DNA of 64,000 bases, from positions 19,000-82,999 of the forward strand of contig CAYXTA010000003.1 of the NCBI GenBank assembly GCA_964468315.1, given 5' to 3'. How positions within the stretch are numbered: position 1 is the stretch's first letter; the number at the start of each line of letters is the position of its first letter. The DNA is from an uncultured Candidatus Saccharibacteria bacterium (GTDB lineage Bacteria > Patescibacteriota > Minisyncoccia > Phycocordibacterales > UBA9973). Of this stretch, positions 36,094-45,726 are shown one piece after another. The translations under genes were made by a program, and so were the position numbers. The notes below the pieces were generated by a model. The model was not told the origin of the DNA. It saw nothing but the letters and a program-made list of their open reading frames with translations, and made no database searches.

Positions 36094-37728
36094 ATGACTA
36101 ACACAGAATTACTAGAAAAATTACTTGAAAAAAGGGGGATACAAGGTAAAGAAGCGATAGAAAATTTTTTAAATCCTAACTATGAACGTGATATTTTAGA
36201 TCCATTTTTGATGCGCGATATGCAGAAATCATGTGAGCGTATACTCGAAGCTATAAAAAATAACGAAAAGATTTTGATTTATGCTGATTATGATTGTGAT
36301 GGTATACCAGGAGCAGTTATTTTAAATGATTTATTTGAAAAACTTGAATATAAAAATGTTGAAGTATATATTCCACAAAGAAATTCTGAAGGTTATGGTT
36401 TGAATACTGAATCAGTAGAAAGAATGAAAGAAGATGGGGTAAAAGTTTTGATAACTATCGACCTCGGCATAACTGCTGTCAAAGAAGTTGCCGATGCACA
36501 AAAGCATGGTATTGATGTAATTATTACTGATCACCATTTACCTCATGCAGAAATTCCAAAAGCTTTCGCAATACTAAATCCTAAATGTGATGATTATCCT
36601 GAGAAAATGCTTTGTGGTGCTGGCGTCGCATTCAAATTTGCACAAGGAATTTTAAAATATCAGGAAATTTCAGGTGGCTGGGAAAAATGGCTTCTTGATA
36701 TGGCAGGACTTGCGACTCTTTCAGATATGGTGCCACTACTTGGAGAAAATAGAGCGTTGGCATATTTTGGAATGAAGGTATTAAGAAAATCTCCACGTCC
36801 AGGATTAAAAGCACTTCTTCGTAAAACAAAAATTACACAAGAATATCTCACTGAAGATGATATTGGTTTTATGATTACTCCAAGACTCAATGCTGCATCA
36901 CGTATGGATGATCCGAGGAGAGCTTTTGAATTACTTGCAACGAAAGATGTGACTGAAGGTGAGAAGCTTGCTAATCATCTTTCAAATATAAACGATGATA
37001 GAAAAAATCTCGTAAAAAGTATCATGCGAGATATAAATAAAAAATTTGAAAAAAGAGAACATACAGAAGTTATTGTTATAGGTAATCCAGAATGGAAAGT
37101 TGGTGTGCTCGGGCTAATCGCAGGGAAGATTACGGATGAATACAAAAAGCCGTCATTCGTCTGGGGGCGTGATGAAAATGATGTTATAAAAGGATCTTGT
37201 CGTTCTGATGGTTCTGTATCAGTCGTAGAGCTTATGACAGAAACAAAAGAATATTTTGCAGAGTTCGGTGGGCATGAAGGTGCTGGAGGATTTTCTGTAC
37301 ATAATGAAAAAATACATTCTTTAGAAGAAGCACTTTGCAATTCTTTTATAAAAGTTAAAAAAGAAACTTCTACTAATATTGAATATAATTATGATTTGAA
37401 ATTAAGTCTCGATGATATAAATATGCAAAACTGGAAGGAATTGGAAAAATTAGCTCCTTTTGGGCTCGCTAACCCAAAACCATTATTTCTTTTTGAAAAT
37501 ATTCCTGTGAATGCTATTAAAACTTTCGGTAAAGCAAGCGAGCATTTAGAGTTCTCCTTTATGAATTCTCGTGGACAAAATATAAAAGCGATTTCTTTTT
37601 TCTCTTCTCCAGAATCTTTTACAAAAATCCCAGCAGTTGGTGAGCCGATATCACTTCTTGCTACTTTTGACCTATCTCGTTTCGCTGGTCGCGTCGAACT
37701 TCGTCTCCGTGTAGAAGATTTGATATAA
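36094..37728 (+). CDS. recJ: single-stranded-DNA-specific exonuclease RecJ
   Basis: DHH domain (YADYDCDGIPGAVIL...ITIDLG...ITDHH) and DHHA1 (GGHEGAGGF). Confidence 0.92.
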   Translation: MTNTELLEKLLEKRGIQGKEAIENFLNPNYERDILDPFLMRDMQKSCERILEAIKNNEKILIYADYDCDGIPGAVILNDLFEKLEYKNVEVYIPQRNSEGYGLNTESVERMKEDGVKVLITIDLGITAVKEVADAQKHGIDVIITDHHLPHAEIPKAFAILNPKCDDYPEKMLCGAGVAFKFAQGILKYQEISGGWEKWLLDMAGLATLSDMVPLLGENRALAYFGMKVLRKSPRPGLKALLRKTKITQEYLTEDDIGFMITPRLNAASRMDDPRRAFELLATKDVTEGEKLANHLSNINDDRKNLVKSIMRDINKKFEKREHTEVIVIGNPEWKVGVLGLIAGKITDEYKKPSFVWGRDENDVIKGSCRSDGSVSVVELMTETKEYFAEFGGHEGAGGFSVHNEKIHSLEEALCNSFIKVKKETSTNIEYNYDLKLSLDDINMQNWKELEKLAPFGLANPKPLFLFENIPVNAIKTFGKASEHLEFSFMNSRGQNIKAISFFSSPESFTKIPAVGEPISLLATFDLSRFAGRVELRLRVEDLI

Positions 37729-37735
37729 TAAAGCA

Positions 37736-38200
37736 ATGTCAGACAAAATAATTATTTATACAGATGGGGCGGCGAGAGGAAACCCTGGTAAAGCTGGTTG
37801 GGGGGCTATTGTTATTGATGGAAAGAAAATTCATGAAATTGGTGGAAGGGAAGATAATGCTACAAATAATCAAATGGAACTTTCAGCACCTATCGAAGCT
37901 TTGAAACATTTGAAAAAAATAAAATACACAGGAGATGTGGAAATTTTTTCTGATTCAAAATACGTAATACATGGTATTACAGACTGGATTTTTAATTGGC
38001 AGAAAAACAATTGGAGAAATGCTGCAAAAAAACCAGTATTAAATAAAGAGTTTTGGGTAGAACTTTATGATTTAGTAAAAGATTTTAAAATAAAATGGAC
38101 TTATGTAGAAGGTCACGCAGGACATAAATGGAATGAAAGAGCAGATGTCATAGCCACAAGTTTCGCAGATGATGAAATTATTGAATTAATTAAAGATTAA
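37736..38200 (+). CDS. rnhA: ribonuclease HI
   Basis: IYTDGAARGNPGKAGWGAI...ELSAPIEAL...DSKYVI...W..NNW...H motifs. Confidence 0.9.
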   Translation: MSDKIIIYTDGAARGNPGKAGWGAIVIDGKKIHEIGGREDNATNNQMELSAPIEALKHLKKIKYTGDVEIFSDSKYVIHGITDWIFNWQKNNWRNAAKKPVLNKEFWVELYDLVKDFKIKWTYVEGHAGHKWNERADVIATSFADDEIIELIKD

Positions 38201-38201
38201 A

Positions 38202-39518
38202 ATGAAAGATAAATTTTTTTATTTCACGTGCCTCGTCCTGATACTCGTATCGGTGGCGAGGTTTTTCTTTTTCTTAGATAAAACAGGACCAGAAATATTT
38301 GAAAGTAATGTAGGACAGAAAGTTTTATTTAAAGGAGAAATAATAGATGAACCAGACATAAGAGAGAAAAACCAAAAACTTACTTTAGAAGTGAAAGCAG
38401 GTAATGAAGAAACTAAAATACTTGTGACGACTTCCTTAGATCAAGATTTTAAATATGGAGATGAAGTGTCTGTAACGGGAGTTTTAGAAAAACCAGAGAA
38501 TTTTCTTACCGATCAAGGTAAAACTTTTGATTATATACATTATCTTAAAAAAGATGGGATTTATTATGTTATGAGTTTTGTAGATATAAAAATACTTTCT
38601 CAGAATCATGGTAATTTTATAAAAAGTTTATTGTTTTCAGCTAAAGAAAAATTCATTTTTACAATGAATCGCGCAATACCCGCACCTGAATCTTTGCTTA
38701 TGGGCGGACTTATTCTTGGTGAGAAGTCGAGTTTTTCTCAAGCTCTCAGGCAGAGTTTTGTGAATACTGGGACGATACATATAGTTGCACTCTCTGGGTA
38801 TAACGTCACAATAGTCGCTGAATGGATTATGAAGATATTTTCTTTTTTACCGAAGAATTTCGGTATTGGTGTCGGAATATTTTCTATCTTACTTTTCGTA
38901 CTTATGACAGGTGCATCTTCGACGGCTATTCGTGCTGGTATTATGGCTATTCTTGCGCTTGTTGCGCGGGCGACAGGGAGGAATTATGATGTCGCCCGCG
39001 CACTTATCATCGCCGGAGTTTTAATGGTATTACTTAATCCATTTATTTTGATTTATGATGTTTCTTTTCAGCTTTCTTTTCTCGCTACTATTGCTGTTAT
39101 TTTCTTGTCTCCTAGAATGGAAAAATATTTTATGTGGATTCCTTGGCATTGGTTACGTGATATTGTAACAGTCACATTTTCTGCTTATATATTCGTCACA
39201 CCATTTATTATTTATAATATGGGCAACTTTTCACTCGTCGCATTGCCGGCAAATATCGCAGTGCTTCCATTTATTCCTTTCACAATGTTGATTGGTTTTA
39301 TTACTGGATTTGTCGGACTTATTTTCTTTCCACTTTCTATTCCTTTCGGATATATTTCGTATTTTTTACTTCATTATGAATTAGGAGCGATAGCATTCTT
39401 TTCAAATCTCCCTTTTGCTTCTTTTACGATACCGAGTTTTCCATTATGGATAACAATTTTAATATATTTATTTTTCTTTTATAAACTTTTTTGGAAAAAT
39501 ATAAAAAAAGTACTTTAA
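38202..39518 (+). CDS. comEC: ComEC/Rec2 competence protein, N-terminal part (DUF4131 OB-fold + competence TM channel); no MBL domain in this ORF
   Basis: N-terminal TM, OB-like KVLFKGEIIDEPDIREKNQKLTLEV, multi-TM competence domain; 2-nt gap after the rnhA stop. Confidence 0.8.
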   Translation: MKDKFFYFTCLVLILVSVARFFFFLDKTGPEIFESNVGQKVLFKGEIIDEPDIREKNQKLTLEVKAGNEETKILVTTSLDQDFKYGDEVSVTGVLEKPENFLTDQGKTFDYIHYLKKDGIYYVMSFVDIKILSQNHGNFIKSLLFSAKEKFIFTMNRAIPAPESLLMGGLILGEKSSFSQALRQSFVNTGTIHIVALSGYNVTIVAEWIMKIFSFLPKNFGIGVGIFSILLFVLMTGASSTAIRAGIMAILALVARATGRNYDVARALIIAGVLMVLLNPFILIYDVSFQLSFLATIAVIFLSPRMEKYFMWIPWHWLRDIVTVTFSAYIFVTPFIIYNMGNFSLVALPANIAVLPFIPFTMLIGFITGFVGLIFFPLSIPFGYISYFLLHYELGAIAFFSNLPFASFTIPSFPLWITILIYLFFFYKLFWKNIKKVL

Positions 39519-39762
39519 AAAGAAAATTGATATTTTTAAGCATATCTGTTATATTTGTTTTAGTTAAATTGTTTTTTATTAACACTAGCTTAAATGCTAT
39601 ACAAATTTCAGAAGGAGGTGTAAACATGAAAAAGTTATTTTTATTATCAAGTGGTGGACATAGTCCGACTTGTGGCAATGACGCCAAATTGAACGCAGCA
39701 AATTAAGAAGCCGGAAAAAAAGAAGACAGCTATGAAGCTAAAAAATTTAGACTTAGTTGTCA

Positions 39763-39792
39763 AAAAAGCGAACCAAACGGTTCGCTTTTTTA
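39763..39792. terminator. bidirectional terminator (aaaagcgaacc-aaa-cggttcgctttt + T-run)
   Basis: 11-bp stem. Confidence 0.6.
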
Positions 39793-39796
39793 TTTT

Positions 39797-40405
39797 TTAC
39801 AATATAGCTTTTTTAAAATTTTCTTCGATTACTTCCCAGTTCAAGTTTTCAAAAAATGCATCTATGTATTTTTTCTTTTCAGAAGTTGGATAATCATAGA
39901 CATATGCATGTTCCCACATATCGATAGCGAGAATCATTTGAGCTCCATTGAGCTGTCCTAAATGTTGCTCATCTACCCATGAAGCTATAAGGCGATCATC
40001 TTTTTTATCATACCAAAGTATAGCCCAACCTATTCCTCGAGTCATCGCTATGTTTTTGAAACCCATCATAAATATTTCTACAGACATACAGTCAGCCGTT
40101 ATTTTTTTTGCCAACTCACTTTCAGGATTGATTGCTTTTGGTCCATCAGAAAGAGAAGAAAAATAAATTTCATGATTTCTCATTCCGTTGTATTCGAAAG
40201 AAAAACGACGGAATAATTCCGCTATAAGATAACCATTATCTTCACCATTCTTAAACATTCCTTCACTCAAAGAACTTATTTTTTCTACATTACTATTAGC
40301 ATTTTTTACGTAGCCAGAATAAAGTTTCAAATGTTCCTCAACATTTTTTGCTGAAATTCCTTTCAATTCACCGATATTAAATTTCATTTCTTCAAATTTT
40401 TGCAT
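39797..40405 (-). CDS. sodA: Fe/Mn superoxide dismutase
   Basis: HHxxHH..., DMWEHAYY signature, 202 aa. Confidence 0.93.
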   Translation of the reverse strand: MQKFEEMKFNIGELKGISAKNVEEHLKLYSGYVKNANSNVEKISSLSEGMFKNGEDNGYLIAELFRRFSFEYNGMRNHEIYFSSLSDGPKAINPESELAKKITADCMSVEIFMMGFKNIAMTRGIGWAILWYDKKDDRLIASWVDEQHLGQLNGAQMILAIDMWEHAYVYDYPTSEKKKYIDAFFENLNWEVIEENFKKAIL

Positions 40406-40421
40406 ATGCTAAAATTATAGC

Positions 40422-41273
40422 ATGATTAAGAAGTATTTTTTACTTTTTTGTACTATCTTTCTTTTAGCTATTGTTGTCTTTCTTTTTTATACAGATTGGC
40501 AAAATTCACATAGAAAAATGACCTTTGCAATGTTGGACATTGGGCAAGGAGACGCTCTTTTTGTTGAATCTCCTTCAGGAACACAGATGCTCGTCGATGG
40601 TGGGCCGATACACTCAATACTTGCTCCACTTTCGAAGGTTATGCCTCTGTATGATAAAAAAATAGATGTTTTGATGATTACGAATCCTGACGCAGATCAT
40701 ATTGGTGGATTTATAGATATTTTAAAAAATTATGAAGTTTCATATATTATCGAGCCGGGGACTTTTAATAAATCAAAAACATACGCGACAATAGAACAAC
40801 TTGTAAAAGAGAAAAATGTGAAAAAAATAATTGCGACCAAGGGAATGATATTGGACTTAGGGTCTGGAGTAAAAGACACAATTCTTTTTCCTGATCGTGA
40901 TGTTTCGAAATGGTCTACAAATGATGGTTCAATAGTAAGTAAACTGACTTATGGGAATTATTCTATAATGCTTACTGGTGATGCTACGAAGATGACGGAA
41001 GCGATAGTGCTTTCTGAAAACTCTGCCCAATTTTTAAAATCGGATATTTTAAAAATTGGGCATCACGGCTCGCACACTTCGACCTCCCGGGCTTTCGTTC
41101 AAGCTGTTTCTCCGATGTACGCACTTATCTCCGACGCCAAAGGCAACAGCTACGGACATCCGCATCAGGAAACCCTCGATACCCTAAATTCTTTCGGTAT
41201 CAAAATCCTCCGTACTGATCTTCTTGGCACAATCATTTTCAAGAGTGACGGGATTGACATAAAAGAAAAATAG
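40422..41273 (+). CDS. membrane-anchored metallo-beta-lactamase-fold protein = ComEC C-terminal nuclease-like domain as a separate gene
   Basis: N-terminal TM then NPDADHIGG and GHHGSHTS motifs, typical of the ComEC MBL domain. Confidence 0.8.
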   Translation: MIKKYFLLFCTIFLLAIVVFLFYTDWQNSHRKMTFAMLDIGQGDALFVESPSGTQMLVDGGPIHSILAPLSKVMPLYDKKIDVLMITNPDADHIGGFIDILKNYEVSYIIEPGTFNKSKTYATIEQLVKEKNVKKIIATKGMILDLGSGVKDTILFPDRDVSKWSTNDGSIVSKLTYGNYSIMLTGDATKMTEAIVLSENSAQFLKSDILKIGHHGSHTSTSRAFVQAVSPMYALISDAKGNSYGHPHQETLDTLNSFGIKILRTDLLGTIIFKSDGIDIKEK

Positions 41274-41529
41274 GTATTTAATTCAATTAAAGACCTAAGA
41301 AATTTAGTATTAACTAGAAAGAACTAAAAGCCCTTTCACAAATTAAATAAAATATGAAATCATGGATTTTTTTATTAACTGTATGGCTTTTCCTTCTTGA
41401 GTCTCAGTTGTTTTTTGGACATAAAATCCAATATTGGTGGATTTATTCCGGTGGTACTGCTATTGTGTTTTTAACATGGGCATTTGTTTACGCGAAAAAA
41501 AGGAAATCATTATGAGTATTTCAGATTCA

Positions 41530-41560
41530 AAAAAACCTCTCAGGATTGAGAGGTTTTTTA
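41530..41560 (-). terminator. terminator downstream of rpmB (acctctc-aggat-tgagaggt)
   Basis: hairpin + flanking A/T runs. Confidence 0.55.
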
Positions 41561-41803
41561 TTTGATTACTCCAGCTTTTTTGAGAGTTGCGTATGGGCCG
41601 TTTTTGGCTAGTGTACGCATTCCTTGAGTTGAGATTTCTAGGTTGAAAGTTTTACCAAGTTCAGGAACAAAAACCTTCTTCTTTTGAAGATTTGGGTATT
41701 TTCGCACCTTTCCTGTAGGGTTGAATTTTGTTGCACGAGTACGGTTGGAGTATCCTCCAGCTACAAGTGAACCTTTTTTAGTTATAACGCAGATTTTTGC
41801 CAT
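41558..41803 (-). CDS. rpmB: 50S ribosomal protein L28
   Basis: MAKICVITKKG...GGYSNRTRATKFNP. Confidence 0.93.
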   Translation of the reverse strand: MAKICVITKKGSLVAGGYSNRTRATKFNPTGKVRKYPNLQKKKVFVPELGKTFNLEISTQGMRTLAKNGPYATLKKAGVIK

Positions 41804-41870
41804 TTGTTTATCGATTTATATTTCTATAAAAGTATTTTTATGTTATCATAACAATACATTAAATGCAAAT

Positions 41871-42503
41871 ATGGATACAATAAATACAATTTTTTATATA
41901 GTTATACTTATTCTTTCGGTTATCATTCACGAAGTCTCACACGGCTTCATGGCAGAGAAATTTGGCGACAAAACAGCTCGTTTCGCTGGAAGACTCACAA
42001 TGAATCCGCTCAAACATCTCGACCTTTTTGGTTCTGTTATTTTGCCACTCATGCTCATACTCACAAAAGCTGGTTTTCTCATTGGTTGGGCGAAACCTGT
42101 ACCATACAATCCAAACAACTTAACCAATCGTAAATGGGGCACTGTGGCTGTAGCAGGGGCAGGTATTTTAGCAAACCTCATTATCGCTATAGTGTTTAGT
42201 ATTTTTATAAGACTCGGAATGTATTTCGGTTTTGTTTCCGAAGGATTTTATTTTATAGCTGGATTGATAGTATTCGTAAATTTACTTTTGGCTTTTTTTA
42301 ACCTTATGCCTTTTCCTCCTCTCGATGGTTCAAAAATACTTTTCGCTTTTCTTCCTGCACGATACGCACACTTTGAAGAAATTTTTGAAAAATATGCGAT
42401 AGTGCTTTTCTTGTTTTTTATATTCTTTATTTGGCAACATATTTTCCCAGCTATTTTCTATATATATCATCTTCTAGTCGGATCTATCCCAGGATTTTTC
42501 TAA
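41871..42503 (+). CDS. site-2 protease-family zinc metalloprotease (M50-like)
   Basis: HEVSHG (HExxH) in TM1, later LNLLPFPPLDG motif; ATG 41871 used because the TTG-start ORF overlaps rpmB. Confidence 0.8.
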   Translation: MDTINTIFYIVILILSVIIHEVSHGFMAEKFGDKTARFAGRLTMNPLKHLDLFGSVILPLMLILTKAGFLIGWAKPVPYNPNNLTNRKWGTVAVAGAGILANLIIAIVFSIFIRLGMYFGFVSEGFYFIAGLIVFVNLLLAFFNLMPFPPLDGSKILFAFLPARYAHFEEIFEKYAIVLFLFFIFFIWQHIFPAIFYIYHLLVGSIPGFF

Positions 42504-42564
42504 GTATTTACATTTAAGTAAAAAAATTGTACTCTCAAGCTAGTATAAACTAACTTCTTTAACA

Positions 42565-43539
42565 ATGAAAAAAAATATTATTTACAGTCCATTACTGGAT
42601 ATTGAAATCATGCGACTTTTACTGGATTATGTAAAAGAGTATGACCAAAAAGCTAATTTGGAATTTAAATCATCATCACCACTACAAGACATTTTGAAAG
42701 ACATTCCTATTGATCTTTATCAATCTGTGCAGGATTTAAAAGGTGAACCTTTTTTGTTTGAAAGTATTATTGGAGACCACTCCTCAAAGAAATTATTTGA
42801 TGCTTTTAAAGAAAGAAACAATTTTAGTCTTAATATTCCATTACCACCCAAACCTTTTGAAAATACTATTTTTGTTACGGCAGCAGCCATTATGGAATTC
42901 ATCCAGACATGGCCAGGTTTTTGTAGATCTAAAAAACAAAATTACAATATTGTAAAAGAGGATTCATTTTCTGGTACAGAAATAGAAGTTGCGGGTTTTT
43001 GTTTGCATAATGTGAATGTCGCGATTAAGACTGGAACACAAAGCACCGAAACAGTTTCAGCTACCCTTGAATTGGGTAATAATTTTTCTTTGAACTTTTG
43101 TGATTTATCTGCTTTTGAAAATGGAAAAAGCTTACGTGATGAAAAAGCCGATTTTGCAACACTGCTTAATTTGATAGATGTAAAAACAATTTCTTCACAC
43201 AAGAAGTCATACTTGTATTGTCCATGCATTGAAGTAAGTGAGAATGTAAAAAATCATTTAAAAGGATTGTCTTATAAAAACACAGTTTTAAATCCATTTT
43301 TGGAAAAAGTTGAAATTACTTTTTCTGAAACCTTTGGAAAATTAAAATTATCAGAGAAAGGTGTTGAAATGCGAGTTGAAACAGTTGCTTCTGCAAGAAT
43401 GGTTTTTAGTGCTAGGGCTACTCAGGAAACAACTCCACCACCTCTGGTTATTAAGAATGGTTTAGTTCTTCGTCTGTATCATGACGAAACACTTATTTTT
43501 ATTGCGTATATTCCGCAGGAAAATTTTCAAATAATTTAA
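42565..43539 (+). CDS. hypothetical protein (324 aa)
   Basis: ORF only. Confidence 0.5.
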   Translation: MKKNIIYSPLLDIEIMRLLLDYVKEYDQKANLEFKSSSPLQDILKDIPIDLYQSVQDLKGEPFLFESIIGDHSSKKLFDAFKERNNFSLNIPLPPKPFENTIFVTAAAIMEFIQTWPGFCRSKKQNYNIVKEDSFSGTEIEVAGFCLHNVNVAIKTGTQSTETVSATLELGNNFSLNFCDLSAFENGKSLRDEKADFATLLNLIDVKTISSHKKSYLYCPCIEVSENVKNHLKGLSYKNTVLNPFLEKVEITFSETFGKLKLSEKGVEMRVETVASARMVFSARATQETTPPPLVIKNGLVLRLYHDETLIFIAYIPQENFQII

Positions 43540-43544
43540 GTTAA

Positions 43545-43578
43545 AAGATCCGTTCCACACATTTGGGACGGATTTTTC
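43545..43578 (+). terminator. terminator (atccgttcc...ggacggat + T5)
   Basis: hairpin after stop. Confidence 0.5.
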
Positions 43579-43663
43579 TTTTGCCTATTTAACCCTCTTG
43601 CATTTTGTTTTTAAATATAGTATCTTACCCTTATAGCCGGAATGGCTATTTTATTTCATATAA

Positions 43664-44089
43664 ATGCCTACAATAAATCAATTAATTAAAAAGAGCCGAG
43701 TAATTACTCACAAAAAGTCAAAAGCTGTTGCTTTGGCTCGTGGTTTTAATACTTTAAAGAATAAACCAGTTTTCTACCCAGCTCCTTTCAAAAGAGGTGT
43801 ATGTACAAAAGTAACTACAACTACTCCAAAGAAACCAAACTCAGCTTTACGTAAAATCGCTCGTGTACGTCTTACAAATGGTATGGAAGTTACAGCTTAT
43901 ATCCCTGGAGAAGGACACAACCTACAAGAACACTCAGTTGTTATGCTTCGTGGTGGCCGTGTTAAAGACTTGATCGGAGTACGTTATCACATAGTTCGTG
44001 GTGTTCTCGATACACAAGGTGTTGAGAAACGAAGACAAGGTCGTTCACTTTACGGAAACAAGAAGCCTAAGAAGGATGCAAAGAAATAA
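43664..44089 (+). CDS. rpsL: 30S ribosomal protein S12
   Basis: [10 protein letters not shown]...[10 protein letters not shown]... Confidence 0.97.
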   Translation: MPTINQLIKKSRVITHKKSKAVALARGFNTLKNKPVFYPAPFKRGVCTKVTTTTPKKPNSALRKIARVRLTNGMEVTAYIPGEGHNLQEHSVVMLRGGRVKDLIGVRYHIVRGVLDTQGVEKRRQGRSLYGNKKPKKDAKK

Positions 44090-44105
44090 TTTTTAAATAA
44101 TATAT

Positions 44106-44576
44106 ATGCGAAGAAAAGTAAAAAATAGAAATATAGTAGGTCCTGATTTTATCTACAACTCTCAAAAGCTCGAGAAGTTTATTAACTATACTATGTGGTC
44201 TGGAAAGAAAGAGACTGCTCGTAAGATAATGTACAAAGCTTTTGATACTATCAAAGAAAAAACAGGTAACCCAAACCCTCTTGAAGTTTTTGATTTAGCT
44301 ATGAAAAACGCAGGCCCTCTTACAGAAGTACGTTCAAAGAGAATCGGTGGTGCAAACTACCAAGTCCCTCGTGAAGTAAAGCCTGATCGTAGACTCGCTC
44401 TCGCTATGAGATGGATTCGTGATGCAGCTCGCGCAAAGAAAGGTTCACCAATGCATTTGAAACTAGCCGATGAATTAATCGCAGCTTCAAAAAACGAAGG
44501 TTCAGCTATTAAGAAAAGAGACGATACTCACAAAATGGCAGAATCAAACAAAGCCTTCGCTCACTTCGCTTGGTAA
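44106..44576 (+). CDS. rpsG: 30S ribosomal protein S7
   Basis: canonical S7 sequence. Confidence 0.97.
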   Translation: MRRKVKNRNIVGPDFIYNSQKLEKFINYTMWSGKKETARKIMYKAFDTIKEKTGNPNPLEVFDLAMKNAGPLTEVRSKRIGGANYQVPREVKPDRRLALAMRWIRDAARAKKGSPMHLKLADELIAASKNEGSAIKKRDDTHKMAESNKAFAHFAW

Positions 44577-44590
44577 TACATTAAATTTTA

Positions 44591-44617
44591 AAAAATCCCC
44601 GAAAGGGGATTTTTGTT
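44591..44617 (+). terminator. terminator aaaaatccccgaaaggggatttttgtt (copy 1 of 2 identical)
   Basis: identical 27-mer recurs at 54614..54640. Confidence 0.7.
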
Positions 44618-44645
44618 TGACTATTTTAATTTTATTTGGTATTGT
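44617..44645 (+). promoter_or_regulatory. promoter TTGACT-17-TATTGT
   Basis: overlaps the terminator T-run; precedes leader repeat copy 1. Confidence 0.5.
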
Positions 44646-44648
44646 TTT

Positions 44649-44683
44649 TTTGAAATTAAAATAGTATAAACGTTATTTAAAAA
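44649..44683 (+). repeat. 35-bp leader repeat copy 1 (tttgaaattaaaatagtataaacgttatttaaaaa)
   Basis: identical to 45683..45717; ends 8 nt before the ATG. Confidence 0.9.
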
Positions 44684-44691
44684 TAGAAAAA

Positions 44692-45597
44692 ATGGAAAGA
44701 AAAAAAATAATGATGAAAGACATTGCCAACAATCCTCAATGTCGAGAATTGGTTAATGTGCACAACATGATTCAGATGCATTTTGAAAAATGCTTTAAGG
44801 AAGTGGGAATACCGATTCTTTCTTTTAGTACTGGTACAGCAAATTGCTTTAAAGAAATTTCGGAAATGACCGGTGTGTCTTTGGTTAAAACCTGTAGTTA
44901 TGATCAATTAAATATACCTGTTCCTTCTGTCGAAGGTCATGCGGGTAAACTTCATTTGGTACTTATTTTAGAAACACCAGTTTTCTTTTGTGAAGGTAGA
45001 GTTCAGCTTTCTGATGGATTTACTCCTGCAGAAGTAGTGCTCCTTACTCGTGCATTAGGATTGCTTGGTGTTAAAAAATCAATTTTTATCAATGCTTCTG
45101 GAACTGTAAACCTTGAAAAATATCAATCCGGTGATTTTGTACTTGTTTCGGATCATATTAATTTTTCTGGACAAAGTCCTTTGTGTGGTAGAGGCGCACC
45201 ATTTTTTGATAGCTTTACTGATTTATCAAAAGTTCACAATGTGTGTCTCCAAAAAGTTTTTATGGAAGTTGCTAAAACAATAAATATAAAAATTAAAAGT
45301 GGAGCGATATATGGTCTGACAAAAACAGCAAAAGAGTTTGAAACTCCCGCAGAAGTTAGAATGTTTAAAATGCTTGGTGTAGATTTGCTCGGCATGTCTT
45401 CAGTACTTGAATCGATAGCTTGTGTAAATATGGGTATTGAAGCAATGATTCTTTCTGTTGTGACTAATGAAGGTGTTGGGCTTGGTCCTTCAGTGAGTCA
45501 TGAGGAAAATCTTAAAATTGTTGAAACTTGTGGCAAACAACTTGCAAGACTTATTTATGGATTTGTAGATAAACTTGAGATTGTTGCTGAATCATAG
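44692..45597 (+). CDS. purine nucleoside phosphorylase (PunA/MTAP-type PNP family)
   Basis: GHAGKLHLV...LLGVKK.I.TNASG...DHINFSG.SPL.G...GP.FET.AE...LGVDLLGMSSVLESIAC pattern. Confidence 0.85.
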   Translation: MERKKIMMKDIANNPQCRELVNVHNMIQMHFEKCFKEVGIPILSFSTGTANCFKEISEMTGVSLVKTCSYDQLNIPVPSVEGHAGKLHLVLILETPVFFCEGRVQLSDGFTPAEVVLLTRALGLLGVKKSIFINASGTVNLEKYQSGDFVLVSDHINFSGQSPLCGRGAPFFDSFTDLSKVHNVCLQKVFMEVAKTINIKIKSGAIYGLTKTAKEFETPAEVRMFKMLGVDLLGMSSVLESIACVNMGIEAMILSVVTNEGVGLGPSVSHEENLKIVETCGKQLARLIYGFVDKLEIVAES

Positions 45598-45616
45598 TTT
45601 TAATATTTTTTTTTAC

Positions 45617-45648
45617 AAAACTCTGTCGTTTTTAGACAGAGTTTTTTT
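45617..45648 (+). terminator. terminator (aaaactctgtc-gtttttag-acagagtttt + T-run)
   Basis: 11-bp stem. Confidence 0.6.
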
Positions 45649-45650
45649 GT

Positions 45651-45679
45651 TTGACTTTTTATGACATATTTAGTATTGT
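45651..45679 (+). promoter_or_regulatory. promoter TTGACT-17-TATTGT
   Basis: same -35/-10 hexamers as 44617..44645, followed by leader repeat copy 2. Confidence 0.5.
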
Positions 45680-45682
45680 TCA

Positions 45683-45717
45683 TTTGAAATTAAAATAGTA
45701 TAAACGTTATTTAAAAA
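45683..45717 (+). repeat. 35-bp leader repeat copy 2
   Basis: identical to 44649..44683; ends 9 nt before the ATG. Confidence 0.9.
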
Positions 45718-45726
45718 CAAAAGACA

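Noticed and set aside
39491-39706. 71-aa + ORF after comEC part 1
   Set aside because: Overlaps the comEC 3' end and an AT-rich intergenic region; the composition looks non-coding. A tiny secreted peptide (MKKLFLLSSGGHSPTCGNDAKLNAAN, 39626-39706) cannot be excluded but is unsupported.
41721-41870. N-terminal 50 codons of the S2P-protease ORF (TTG start)
   Set aside because: Overlaps rpmB on the opposite strand and its terminator; ATG at 41871 precedes the first TM helix
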